A DNA stretch of 63,918 nucleotides, counting the filler, from Octopus bimaculoides (taxonomy: Eukaryota), in the NCBI RefSeq assembly GCF_001194135.2. It is 9 parts of 9 records of this genome, joined end to end, with 100 filler letters (N's around TTAATTAATTAA, not from the genome) between each part and the next. Parts side by side here need not be neighbours in the genome. Positions count along the whole stretch, not along the records: positions 13,370 to 30,604 come from NC_068981.1; positions 30,705 to 33,008 come from NC_068987.1; positions 33,109 to 49,867 come from NC_068997.1; 6 more parts are not named here. One strand, given 5' to 3'. Position 1 is the first letter of the stretch. Each line of letters starts with the position of its first letter. Under the pieces are notes generated by a model. It saw nothing but the letters and a program-made list of their open reading frames with translations, made no database searches and was not told where the DNA came from. A program made the translations under genes and the position numbers. Shown piece by piece: positions 22,546 through 35,894 of this stretch.

Positions 22546-23549
22546 TGTATGCGCATGTGTATTTATTTATATATATATGTGATAGATGATGTAGCGTCGA
22601 TTATGAACTATGTATGTAGCTAACATGGAATAAACATCTATTCTCTCACTTCATTTCTCTTATTGTATCTGGTTTACAAACACATCTAACAGAATGCACT
22701 GAGCATTAAGATTGCTTGGAGGCAATGACATGTTATATAAATCCGCCAAATTATTGTCTCTCTTCTGCATGAAACTATTAGTAGCTCTTATTTTAAACTG
22801 CGTATATTAAATTATATTTATCTTTCACTGGATACAGTACTTTTTTTTAGTTGATCCTAGCTATAACGGAAGAGTAAACTGCAAAGCAAACAACTTGTCT
22901 TGCGGGGTTACTCCGTCCATCTCTTATTACATTGAATACCACAACGATTTTGGCAACTTCCATCAGTATCGCTTCCTCCAACGGTACTGAACACCGCTGA
23001 GGCCACCGGCAAATGTTTGGATTCTTTTGGCCCACAATGCTGCACACCCATGTTATCCTTCTACCCACCAAACCAAACCAAACCGAGTACTGCCGTAAAA
23101 ATGTCAGCTATGTATCAAATGTTTTGTTTTACTCTCTCTCTCTTCCTCTCTCTCACTCCCTCTCTCTCTCCCTCTCTCGCTTTCTTTATCTCTCTCTGTG
23201 TGTATGTATGTATATATATATATATATATGCATATATATACACACACACACGTACATACATAATATATACATACGTATATATNNNNNNNNNNNNNNNNNN
23301 NNNNNNNNNNNNNNNNNNNNNNNNNNNNNNNNNNNNNNNNNNNNNNNNNNNNNNNNNNNNNNNNNNNNNNNNNNNNNNNNNNNNNNNNNNNNNNNNNNNN
23401 NNNNNNNNNNNNTATATATATATATATATATATATGAATCTGTGTATGTAAATATATATGGTGGACGTGTGTGTGTACATTGGAATGTATGTACGTATGT
23501 ATGTATGTGCATGTATGTACACACACATAAGCGCGCGCGTATTAAAATA

Positions 23550-23700
23550 ATTACCCAATAGGTTCTGTATTTTTCACCGGACACGATCGTATTTCCAGCA
23601 GTCTGAGGTTTATAGAAATATTTGGACACGCGATGCCATCATCAATGGAACTCCCAAGAGCGCTGTATAAGAATTTTACTGTTTATGGACAACGTGATGT
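23550..23700 (-). mobile_element. Possible Tc1/mariner-superfamily (rosa/DD41D-like) transposase fragment
   Basis: SKYFYKPQTAGNTIVSGEKYR resembles GPYFF...G.T.TV.GE.YR. Confidence 0.35.
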
Positions 23701-23882
23701 GGAAGCCTGCGGTACTTGGTTTTTACAAGTCGAAACGATAACAGTAACACAAATACATGCGATTTGTTTTGTAAAAGATTGTTTATGAGGGCTCGAATCA
23801 CTGCAATCAACATTAAAAATAAAGTTTTCAATGAAGTAGGGACGAGCCGTTATTGTAATTTTAGGGATACGTAATTAACAGT

Positions 23883-24278
23883 AGGCGCAGGAGTGGCAGT
23901 GTGGTAAGTAGCTTGCTTACCAACCACGTGGTTCTGGGTTTAGTCTCACTGCGTGGTACCTTGGGCAAGTGTCTTCTACTATAGCTTCGAACCGACCAAA
24001 CCCTTCTGAATGGATTTGGTAGACGGAAACTGAAAGAAGCCCGTCGTATATATGTGTATATGTTTGTGTGTCTGTGTTTGTTCCCCCAACTTCGCTTGAC
24101 AACCGATGCTGGTGTGTTTACGTCCCCGTAACTTAGCGGTTCGGCAAAAAGATATCGATAGAATAAGTACTAGGCTTACAAAAGAATAAGTCCTGGGGTC
24201 GATTTGCTCGACTAAAGGCGGTGCTCCAGCATGGCCGCAGTCAAATGACTGAAACAAGTAAAAGAGTAAAAGAGTAAA
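23883..24278 (+). mobile_element. SINE family A, full-length copy
   Basis: tRNA-like head GGCGCAGGAGTGGCAGTGTGGTAAG...GGTTCTGGGTTTAGTCTCAC, central (TA/TG) tract and (AGTAAAAG)n tail. Confidence 0.9.
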
Positions 24279-24449
24279 TCATAATGAGGTGAAATAAATA
24301 CAGGGGATGCGTTGCCCCTCGCAGTAACTGCAGCAGCTACTCAGAGGTTTTGCAAGCTCTTCTAAATCCATTACAATGGTGGAAACCCTTATGTATTATC
24401 AGCTTAAACGAAGAGGCAGCTGAAAAATTAAACAAGTAACATATTCAAA

Positions 24450-24800
24450 TGCAAATTTTAATCTTAGTCTACCTCATTCCTCATGGAGGACCGGGAGATC
24501 TCTGCGTAGCACGTTTACAAGCTCTGTCACGAGCCTTCTCCAAGATAAGTCTCAAATCTACCATGTTCTCCTCTACACTTTTCAATCAGGTCTTCACAAT
24601 TTTGTCTCACCTCATATACTCCCTTTCGAGCTTTCAAGCGAAAAAAGAAAGGCTCTCACGGGCCTCTTCGTGGATACGAGTGGCATTGAGATATGAGTAG
24701 CACAACTCCCACCGTATCACAATAATGGTATCCCGCAGGTTACTCATCCCGGCCATTCTTATAACTTTTCATTCCTGAGGTGGTCATGCTAAGAAATTTT
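24450..24800 (-). mobile_element. RTE-like LINE 3' relic
   Basis: Degenerate RW...H....P.R and LKARKGV, then KSVEENMVDLRLILEKARDRA, matching the RTE C-terminus. Confidence 0.5.
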
Positions 24801-25949
24801 TTATATGGTCCCACAACAACGATTTTGAAAGACATCTGCAATTCTATATACATACAATATCTTCTCCAGACTAAAAAATGTTCTTAGTAGTTAGACATTC
24901 ATAAACATATGAACACGTGATACCTTCATCAACAAAACTGCGAAGAGAGTCGTATGAGAATGTTGCTGTTTATATGTACTACGGTGAGTATAATCATCCG
25001 ATTTCATCCAGAGAAGACAAAGAATATAGTATGCAAATATTTCAAATATAACTTGATTGTATTTCATAAGATTGTATTTCATTTAGCTGTATTTGTAAGG
25101 ATAATATTACTCAAAACATGATTGCTTTTGTTCTAGTTTTTACAAAGTTCTCTGTTAATTGCTCTACTCAAAAGAAATATTTTAGTTATCATTGCGAAAT
25201 ATTCATTTCTATATTTAATATTGTTATGTCTCAAGCTACTGCTATCTAGCGCCTTCGGATGATCTCTACTCAACCGCTACACAACTGCTACACAACTGCT
25301 ACTCGACTGCTACTCAACACTCCTACCACGGCCAGGCTATCTCTCTCTATTTATATGTCTTGGGAGATCCTACTTCTTCGCCTGGGGGCGTCGACACAAC
25401 AAATATAAAAGCTCATTTCTTCAAGTCAGTTTAATATTCTATTTTTAATGTTGATTTCCGAGAGTGAAGACGTTTTCAAAAACTTTTTCAAAGTAAATCT
25501 AGCTAATTTGTTATTTCGATGTTTCGACTGGTTCCGTATGTCACCTGTTTCTCATCTCACTGTATACGTCAGTAAAATCTTCATACGATTTTCTTTGCAA
25601 TTCCAATGACGTAGTAAGCAGCTCGTATCCATTTATTCACGAAGAACGTCTGACAGCCAGAAACAATATTGTATCCGAAAAGATATAGAACGCATCATGT
25701 AATTTATTAATTAAGATATAGCTTATTTTAACTGTGCTTTTATATAACATACTCTGTTAAGTCTAAGACTGAATTTATTTCACTTCACGCTTTTACTGAG
25801 CTCTTTCCTAATCGCTTCGCATGGCAGAAATGTTTGCGTTATAAGGACGAAATACGCATTCTTATATATATATGCGTTATATATATATATCTATGTGTAT
25901 GTGATCACAAGTAAATATATTTGTTTATATATTTATAAACAAATGTACG

Positions 25950-25998
<49 letters not shown>

Positions 25999-26456
25999 NN
26001 NNNNNNNNNNNNNNNNNNNNNNNNNNNNNNNNNNNNNNNNNNNNNNNNNNNNNNNNNNNNNNNNNNNNNNNNNNNNNNNNNNNNNNNNNNNNNNNNNNNN
26101 NNNNNNNNNNNNNNNNNNNNNNNNNNNNNNNNNNNNNNNNNNNNNNNNNNNNNNNNNNNNNNNNNNNNNNNNNNNNNNNNNNNNNNNNNNNNNNNNNNNN
26201 NNNNNNNNNNNNNNNNNNNNNNNNNNNNNNNNNNNNNNNNNNNNNNNNNNNNNNNNNNNNNNNNNNNNNNNNNNNNNNNNNNNNNNNNNNNNNNNNNNNN
26301 NNNNNNNNNNNNNNNNNNNNNNNNNNNNNNNNNNNNNNNNNNNNNNNNNNNNNNNNNNNNNNNNNNNNNNNNNNNNNNNNNNNNNNNNNNNNNNNNNNNN
26401 NNNNNNNNNNNNNNNNNNNNNNNNNNNNNNNNNNNNNNNNNNNNNNNNNNNNNNNN

Positions 26457-26494
<38 letters not shown>

Positions 26495-26879
26495 AAATAG
26501 TAAATGAGTATATGCATATATACGTACAGGTATGTGCATACCGACATCCACCTGTATGTATGGGTGCATATCTGGGTACAGGACATTGCAAACAAAACGT
26601 AGACGAGAAAACACACACATATATATATAGGGAGAAAGGAAACAAATGCTTATTGGGTTCTAACTGATATATTTAATCAACATATTTCTCCTCGTTATTG
26701 ATAATGTAATCCCATCTATTTGGCAAATTGCTTATCACTCCGGAGTAAAATTCTTCAGGTCACGAAGCAAAGAAACACTCAGTATAATTTTTAACCGTTT
26801 TATAATTAATGAATAATTTCCCCTCTTAATAATGTTGCAATGATCTGAAAATATAATTGTCAGAAGAAACAATGGTTGA

Positions 26880-28020
26880 AGAGTAAGGCAGATGAGGCAA
26901 AACTTTTCATATTTAGTGCCATAATCATTTCCTGAGTGGTTTAAGCAATATGTGGCCTTGCATTATCGTGTAAGAGCAGCACTCCTTTACGACTGACCAA
27001 CGATGAACGCTTTTTCTGTAAACCTTTGTGCAATGCTTCCAGTTGGCAACAATATCTCTGCGAATTAATTGTTTCGTTTTGGTTTAACACTTCATCATAG
27101 ACGACACCCTTCATATTCCATAGAACACAGAGCATAACTTTTATCGTGTGTGGTTCTGGTTTGGAGAAGGATTTTTCGTTTTTTTTTTGTTTTGTTTTTT
27201 TTGGTGGTGGGGCGGGTGCTAATCATTGTCATTTTTGTTGGATAAGATTTTAGAGAGTCCATTTTCATCACTTCTGATGACCCAATGCTGAAAAGGTTCT
27301 GTAACATTGTTTTTATTGTTGGCACTCCGTCGCTTACGACGTCGAGGGTTCCAGTTGATCCAATCAACGGAACAGCCTGCTCGTGAAATTAACGTGCAAG
27401 TGGCTGAGCACTCCACAGACACGTGTACCCTTAACGTAGTTCTCGGGGATATTCAGGGTGACACAGTGTGACATGGCTGACCCTTTGAATTACAGGCACA
27501 ACAGAAGCAGGAAGTAAGAGTGAGAGAAAGTTGTGGTGAAAGAGTACAGCAGGGTTCGCCACCATTCCCTGCCGGAGCCTCGTGGAGCTTTAGGTGTTTT
27601 CGCTCAATAAACACTCACAATGCCCGGCCTGGGAATCGAAACCACGATCCTATGACCGCGAGTCCGCTGCCTTAACCACTGGGCCATTGCGCCTCCACGT
27701 TCTGTAACAAGTCTACTCTTTAATGACGAGTAAAGGACAGCTCTGATTAAAGTGAGAAACAATCAGATGATGAGGGAGCCAATAACTAAGTTTAGACACT
27801 TTTCTAAGTTCATGAAAGTGCTTTATAGTCAAAGTGTGGCTTGAATTGAACAGTTTTACAGTTTGTTTTGGGTTTTGCTCAAGTACAGAAGCTCAATATT
27901 AACAAAACTTAATCATCCTAATCGATGGAAATTAGCGTAAGAAAAATTTCACGAGAGAAACTGACCAAACTATACCATCGTCTGTCCAGGCACTTAACGC
28001 TTCATTTCAATAGAAAGGAT
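26880..28020 (-). mobile_element. Mariner transposase relic interrupted by a family B SINE
   Basis: KVSKLSYWLPHHL (about 27790), IRSDE (about 27270) and KVMLCVLWNMKGVVY...GVLLLHDNARPHIA (26941-27135). Confidence 0.85.
27307..27698 (-). mobile_element. SINE family B, full length with an 11-bp TSD, nested in the mariner
   Basis: TSD GTTCTGTAACA at 27296-27306 and 27699-27709. Confidence 0.92.
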
Positions 28021-28175
28021 GAATATTTCTTGCCGTTTCTATTCCTGAATCGATTTTACCCCTTAAATCGATTTTACTCCTTTTTGAAAGGGTGAAATCG
28101 ATACGAATTTAACCACTATGGAATGAAGTAATCTGCAAAGAAAGAATACATATGTAAAGAATATATATATGTATG

Positions 28176-28215
<40 letters not shown>

Positions 28216-28419
28216 TATATATATACAGGCACGCACGCACACACACAAACACACACACACACGCACACACTGACCTACAGATGTATATACAAATCTAATG
28301 CAAAATGCAAAGTCGTATGCAACGACACATACAAAAGTATATACACGTTGATGCACGCGTAAAAGCACATGCATAAACACACAAACATACACGAACACAC
28401 GTTCAAATACACATACACA

Positions 28420-28471
<52 letters not shown>

Positions 28472-28591
28472 NNNNNNNNNNNNNNNNNNNNNNNNNNNNN
28501 NNNNNNNNNNNNNNNNNNNNNNNNNNNNNNNNNNNNNNNNNNNNNNNNNNNNNNNNNNNNNNNNNNNNNNNNNNNNNNNNNNNNNNNNNNN

Positions 28592-28645
<54 letters not shown>

Positions 28646-29135
28646 ACACACACACACATACACACACACAGGCTAATTTTTATATAATTTTTTAAAACGT
28701 TCTCAGAAACTTTTTTTTATGTATCATAAATTTTTGTTTATAATTCCATACATATTTAATTACTTAATAAATAATTCATTCAATTATATATGTATTTATT
28801 AATTTTGTTATCTATTTGTTTAATTATCCATATATTTATTTCTCTACTTAGCTATTTATTTATTCATTCTACTTTCTTTTTTTCACCGTTTATTGTATAT
28901 AGGTAAAGTTTTTGTAAGTCTTTCTATGTCCTTTCTGCGTTTTTTCACGTTCTAGCTTGTCATCATAACACGCAAACACAAATGTTAGGCGGGGGAGGGG
29001 TGCGTGTGTGTATGTGCTTGAGGGATGAGAACGTGTGCGCTTGTGCGCATGCATGAGCAAGCATATATACATAAATATTTATAAATACTTATATAAACAC
29101 AGACAGACAGGCAGACGGATATATAGATAGATTAT

Positions 29136-29173
<38 letters not shown>

Positions 29174-30514
29174 TAGATAGATAGATAGATGGATAGATAG
29201 ATAGGCAAAGAAGTAGGTAAATTTATATGTATATATAATACATACACACAATATATGGGTGTGCAGGTGGTTGTGTGCATATAAGTACATATATATATNN
29301 NNNNNNNNNNNNNNNNNNNNNNNNNNNNNNNNNNNNNNNNNNNNNNNNNNNNNNNNNNNNNNNNNNNNNNNNNNNNNNNNNNNNNNNNNNNNNNNNNNNN
29401 NNNNNNNNNNNNNNNNNNNNNNNNNNNNNNNNNNNNNNNNNNNNNNNNNNNNNNNNNNNNNNNNNNNNNNNNNNNNNNNNNNNNNNNNNNNNNNNNNNNN
29501 NNNNNNNNNNNNNNNNNNNNNNNNNNNNNNNNNNNNNNNNNNNNNNNNNNNNNNNNNNNNNNNNNNNNNNNNNNNNNNNNNNNNNNNNNNNNNNNNNNNN
29601 NNNNNNNNNNNNNNNNNNNNNNNNNNNNNNNNNNNNNNNNNNTACATAATACATATATACATACATACGTACGTACATACACACATACATACACACATAC
29701 ATACACACATACATATATGCCCACAACACATATACATACATACGTACATACGTACCTACATACATACATATATACATACATACATACATGCATACGTACA
29801 TACGTACGTATGTACGTACATACACACACACATACATACATACATACATGCCCACAACACATACATACATACATACGTACGTACATACATACACACATAC
29901 ATACATATAAGCCCACAACTCTATACATATACACACATATACACACACACATATATATATATATATATACATATATGCATACATACGTTCATACGTACAT
30001 AAATACATACATACACACATACATACTTACATACATACATACATACATACATGCCCACACAACACACATGTCTACATATGAAAAACATCTCCGAATCAAT
30101 TTTTCTCCTATTTCTCTGAGGTTTTATGACTCATCTACCTATGCTGTGTTGGTATGAATTAATTTTCGAGTATCGAAGGCCGATAAAAGATACACAATTA
30201 AACATGCGTATCCAACTATATCCGTTGTCATGGAGAGAAAGAGGGAGAGAGAGTGAGAGACAAAGACACAAAGGCGGGTGGAGAGAAGAGAGAAATTAGG
30301 GGGTGAACCTGATTTAGAGTTTGTTGATCTTTTCGTTGTTTTCCATACGTGTAGCTGGTAATTTGTGAATTTATTTATAATGTTCTTTTTGCTTTTTTTT
30401 TTAGAGGGTGGGGGTGCGATTCGTGATGAGATGTCCACATGTGTATGTGCGAATATAGGTATTTATCAATATGTGCATGTATGTATATATGTCTACATTC
30501 ATTCAGATAGATAG

Positions 30515-30547
<33 letters not shown>

Positions 30548-30762
30548 TGCATGTATGTGTATATATATATATATATGGATATATGTATATGTATATGTAT
30601 ATATNNNNNNNNNNNNNNNNNNNNNNNNNNNNNNNNNNNNNNNNNNNNTTAATTAATTAANNNNNNNNNNNNNNNNNNNNNNNNNNNNNNNNNNNNNNNN
30701 NNNNTGTGTGTGTGTGTGTGTGTGTGTGTATCACAATGCTTTATTATATATCAAATATGTAA

Positions 30763-30962
30763 GGCGGCGAGCTGGCAGAAACGTTAGCACGCCGGGTGAA
30801 ATGCTTAGCGGCATTTCGTCTGTCAATTCCGCCGAGGTCGACTTTGCCTTTCATCCTTTCGAGGTCGATAAATTAAGTACCATTTGCTTACTGGGGTCGA
30901 TCAAATCGACTGGCCCCCTGCCGAAAATTTTCGGGCCTCGTGCCTTGAATAGAAAAGATTAT
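30763..30962 (+). mobile_element. SINE family C
   Basis: GGCGAGCTGGCAGAAACGTTAGCACGCCGGG...GAGGTCGACTTTGCCTTTCATCCTTTCG.GGTCGATAAATTAAGTACC...AGAAAAGATT. Further copies lie at 40410-40645, 44305-44740, 55750-55970, 58845-59215, 59365-59585 and 61325-61540. Confidence 0.85.
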
Positions 30963-31201
30963 ATATCGTGCATGTATGTATGTATGTATTGTGTGTGTGT
31001 AGCACTTTTATAAACGTTAGCTATTAAATGTTAACCGGTTAGCTCATGTTTCTTAACTGTTGATTTAAATATGACGTGTGCTGGAGATTTATAAGACCAG
31101 TCTTTTTTTTTTCTGATATCCTATCTTTAAGTTCTTTCCTTTATTTTCCTGTAATTTCTTCAGTTTATGCTTATTGTTTACGAGCATATTTTCGGATTCT
31201 C

Positions 31202-31257
<56 letters not shown>

Positions 31258-31795
31258 NNNNNNNNNNNNNNNNNNNNNNNNNNNNNNNNNNNNNNNNNNN
31301 NNNNNNNNNNNNNNNNNNNNNNNNNNNNNNNNNNNNNNNNNNNNNNNNNNNNNNNNNNNNNNNNNNNNNNNNNNNNNNNNNNNNNNNNNNNNNNNNNNNN
31401 NNNNNNNNNNNNNNNNNNNNNNNNNNNNNNNNNNNNNNNNNNNNNNNNNNNNNNNNNNNNNNNNNNNNNNNNNNNNNNNNNNNNNNNNNNNNNNNNNNNN
31501 NNNNNNNNNNNNNNNNNNNNNNNNNNNNNNNNNNNNNNNNNNNNNNNNNNNNNNNNNNNNNNNNNNNNNNNNNNNNNNNNNNNNNNNNNNNNNNNNNNNN
31601 NNNNNNNNNNNNNNNNNNNNNNNNNNNNNNNNNNNNNNNNNNNNNNNNNNNNNNNNNNNNNNNNNNNNNNNNNNNNNNNNNNNNNNNNNNNNNNNNNNNN
31701 NNNNNNNNNNNNNNNNNNNNNNNNNNNNNNNNNNNNNNNNNNNNNNNNNNNNNNNNNNNNNTTACTGTGAGGAAGAGAATTTGAAAAGTTTAAAT

Positions 31796-32057
31796 CAGTG
31801 GTTCTCAACTGGGGTCCATATGACCATTTTGCCTTGGAGGTGCATATAAGGTTTTGTTGTTAAAATTTATGTACAATAAATTGGTTCTTCTAGAATACAA
31901 AAAACATTTTAATGTTTTTAAGCAATTTGTAATAATATTGAATTTTTAAAAAAGTACAGTAAGACTTCTTATATATATTGAATGGCTATGGGGATCCAGC
32001 AGAATAAAATAGGAATCAAAGGAGATCCATAGGCAAAAAAATGGTTGAGAATCACTG
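31796..32057. mobile_element. hAT (Charlie-like) MITE
   Basis: TIRs CAGTGGTTCTCAAC / GTTGAGAATCACTG and an 8-bp TSD GTTTAAAT / GTTTAAAA (7/8 match). Confidence 0.85.
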
Positions 32058-33111
32058 GTTTAAAACAAAACCATTAGAAACCTCATTCTTGCAGCAAAAG
32101 CAAAATGTATAACATTGTCATTTTCTGTGCTGGAGTGCCAGTTTCCTTCATTGCTTTTAAACTTAAAATTGTCATCACTAAAATGTTTCCTTGGTGATCT
32201 CCCACCGACAACGATTTGTAGAGTCGTTGAACGTCGGTTTTGGTCCGAATTTCAGTGAGCTCGATTCTAAATCCAATGAGTCCAACGTTGCTTTTATCAA
32301 CCCTCAGGGTTGATAAAATAATTCCCATTTCAGGATTTTTTTTTTGTTTTTTTTTGCTAAAATTGTAAAAGCTGGATGCAGATGTTTTGCAGTATTTGTT
32401 CTGGCTGTTTACGTTCTGAGTTAAAATTTTGCCATAGCCTAAATAGACGAAATGCTTAATTCATCGACCGCTTTTCCAACACTACCTGATATCTTGCGTG
32501 CATTGAGCGGAGTCCACCCAGTTGAAGTACTTGAAATAGGTTTCCGATTTGAGGATAACTTTCTCTCTCCCCACACCACTCACGGGTGTCCTGTAAAGTG
32601 TCATAGGCAACAATAGTAAAGACTACATCACGAAGACTGACCTTCTCCGTAGCCAGAAAATACTTTAGCTTCCAAAAATGGTTTGCATAATATAAAGGTA
32701 AAGATCAAATGCGACACACAGTGTAGTACTGCACCCACATTTCGGACAGTACAGTTAATGTGGACAAAAAATATCCTAGACCACATCTTCACCCCCAAAA
32801 GCTACCTATTGGCGTGAAATTGTTATCACATTCCAACTCCTGATTGACAACATTTCTCTCTACTCATCTACCTTTTTCTGTACCTTTTTCATTAGAAAGA
32901 AAAAGGATATAAACAATGTGGAGATGAGTAGCAAGGTACACTACCTATATATACATGCATACATTCATACATACATACATACGTATATATATATATATAT
33001 ATATATATNNNNNNNNNNNNNNNNNNNNNNNNNNNNNNNNNNNNNNNNNNNNTTAATTAATTAANNNNNNNNNNNNNNNNNNNNNNNNNNNNNNNNNNNN
33101 NNNNNNNNTAT

Positions 33112-33315
33112 ATTTGGGAGAATTTACGAAAAAAACAGACGAAGACAGGTGGTGTAAACAACAAATAGATGTATTAGTTTAAGGCTCGGGAATAGAGAAA
33201 GTCTTTGACGTTTCGAGCCTACGCTCTTCAACTGAAAGAAACACAGAAAGAAATAAGGAGAGAAACGAGGAGAAAAAAAATATAAATGTAGTGGTCAGCG
33301 ATCTATCATGGCGAA
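33112..33315 (-). mobile_element. Family 1 pseudo-LTR-like element, copy 3
   Basis: Reverse complement closely matches 53425-53630. Confidence 0.85.
33202..33239 (-). ncRNA. Minimal hammerhead-like motif, variant core CAGUUGA, GUC site
   Basis: UCUUU-CAGUUGA-A-GAGC(GUAG)GCUC-GAAAC-GUC-AAAGA. Confidence 0.55.
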
Positions 33316-33397
33316 AAAAAAAGTATATATGTATATGTATGCATTTGTGTGTTTATATATATCTGTTTGTATATTTATGTATTTATACACGTATGTG

Positions 33398-33620
33398 AGG
33401 GACCATGGCTTAACGGTTAGGGGGTTATACTCATGATGGTAAGATTGCGGTTTCCTGGATCGGGCAATGCGTTATATTCTTGACAAAAGCACCTCATTTC
33501 ACGTTACACCTGTCCACTCAGATGACAAAATGAGTAATCCTGCGACGGGCCGGCGTACCGTTTAGGGAGGAAATACATACACCAAAGAATTTGGGAAGCC
33601 TGCCTCATGCGCCTATGTTT
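33398..33620 (+). mobile_element. Degenerate tRNA-derived SINE of another family
   Basis: Head GAGGGACCATGGCTTAACGGTTAG...GCGGTTTC and an internal GTCCACTCAG..G.CAAAATGAGTA block. Confidence 0.45.
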
Positions 33621-33699
33621 TGGGAAGGACATATTTGATCCTGTTTTTAACACACACTCACACACACATGATGAACAATCTCATAATGAACAATACTTG

Positions 33700-34451
33700 T
33701 AGGCGAAGAAAACGGCCAACTGTCTCTTCACATTGCTTCAACTCATTCGAGCTTTCTTCGGTCTCGAAGAGGTTGGACCTTCCACTGCGAAGACTGATCC
33801 TTTGTTTTGGAGTCATAGCCATAGACAATTCATTACTCATTATGACTGTTTTCAAAAAGTTTTCATCGTGCTCGACACGATCAAGGAGATCTTGTGCATG
33901 TCTTTTTGGTCATCTGCAAGCAGTTTTGGCACAAACTCGGCAGACCCGCGTCTCACACTCAAATCATCAGAGATAACGAAACTGAACCGTAACTAATTTG
34001 CACATCCTCTGCTAACTCACGTATAGTAATTCGAGGATTTCACCTCTCAGCTGGACGCACATCTGCGTTGTTTTTCCCAGTTCTGCTGCTTGCGGGTCTC
34101 CCAGAATGTTCCTCAATGTCGACATTTTTTCGGCCACTTTGGAAACGTGTGAACCCCTCGTACACTTGTGTGCGGCTCATACACTCCTCTCCATACACTT
34201 TCTGATACTTTGCGTAGGTCTCTGAGCAGGTATCACCATGACAACTTTCTCTGTCATGGTCAATGCGATGATCACACGCTACACACCTTCCTTCCAAGCA
34301 CTGTTGTAAACAGACGAAGTGAACTAAAACGTTAAAACTTTGAGCACATGCACAACAGTGTTTAAGGTCAATCTGTGCCAAGCGGCTTCACTCTACGTGT
34401 TTTAGCTTCGTTACTATGGCACCAGTCCGGAAACTTATTGATCAGACCTCG
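33700..34451 (-). mobile_element. Mariner left-end plus partial transposase, same family as 8874-9679
   Basis: TA|CGAGGTCTGATCAATAAGTTTCCGGACTGG at 34453-34420, followed by YGEECMSRTQVYEGFTRFQSGRKNVDIEEHSGRP. Confidence 0.85.
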
Positions 34452-34485
<34 letters not shown>

Positions 34486-34522
34486 AACACACACATGTAT
34501 ATACATAGATAAATAGATATAA

Positions 34523-34559
<37 letters not shown>

Positions 34560-34855
34560 CATATATGTACATATATATGTGCGCGTGCGTGTGTGTGGGT
34601 GTGTGCGTACCTATTTGTATGAGTGTTTGTATGAAAATGTGTTCAATCTAAAACAAAAGCCTTACAGAAGGTTTTGATTTGTTCGAAAAAGAAACAAAAT
34701 GCTTTATACTGAACTTATGCTTTGTATTGATACTGCGAGTACTTTATCCCAAGCAGCGTTGGTAACATAACGAATATCTGTCTGTCACTCCGTCTCTTCT
34801 CTATCTGTCTGTCTGTCTACAATACATGCTATAAAACATCATACATACGTATTTG

Positions 34856-34942
<87 letters not shown>

Positions 34943-35855
34943 TATACATATATATACACACCTATCTATCTCTCTATCTATATCCACCGATGTTACACAA
35001 GAGGACTTCGTAAGTAAACGTAAATTTCCGTATATTTAGCGTGATATAAAATGATATGTAAATGCACAAAGGCACGTGAAATCAGTGAACGCACACAAGT
35101 AAGGACTCTTGCACGATGAGAACACAGACGCACACTCAAGCAGACACACACATAAAGTTACGCTCCTACACACATCATATGCATAGATAGAGGATGAAGC
35201 CAACGCATTATTTAGTAGGCGTTGCTTTTGTTGATATTTCTTTTAGCATTAAATAAAATGTTGTTGTTATCGTTGTTGATTCTGGTGGTGGCAGTAGTAG
35301 CTGTGGTGTGGTGATGCGCATTGAATGTTTTAGTTAATTTCTAGTCCTGTATTCTTTTAAGCAATGAATATAAATAAAAAAAATGCTCATAAAATCACCG
35401 GCCCACTCTGTAATACAGCTATAGCCATCTTGGAGCAGCGGCAGCAGCAGTAGCAGCAGTAGCAGCAGCGGCAGATGATAAGCTTATAAATATAAGGAAA
35501 GCTCTTCTTTTATCTTAACTTCAATATGGAATATTCACTATGTTTTGTTGAGATTTCTTTCTTCATGCTTGTCGGTTGCTTGTTTTGCTTGTAGTTTTGG
35601 TTATATTGGTGTGGTTGATTGTGTGTGATTTCATGTACACACACACACACACACATACACACTCACACACACACACTCACAAATGTACACACAAACACAC
35701 ACACACAAACACACAAATACACACCCATACACACACATACCTACACAAACATACACAGAGACTCATCTATCTATCTATGTACATACAGATATATATGCAT
35801 ATATATACGTATATATATGTGTATATATATATGTATATATATATATATGTATACA

Positions 35856-35894
<39 letters not shown>

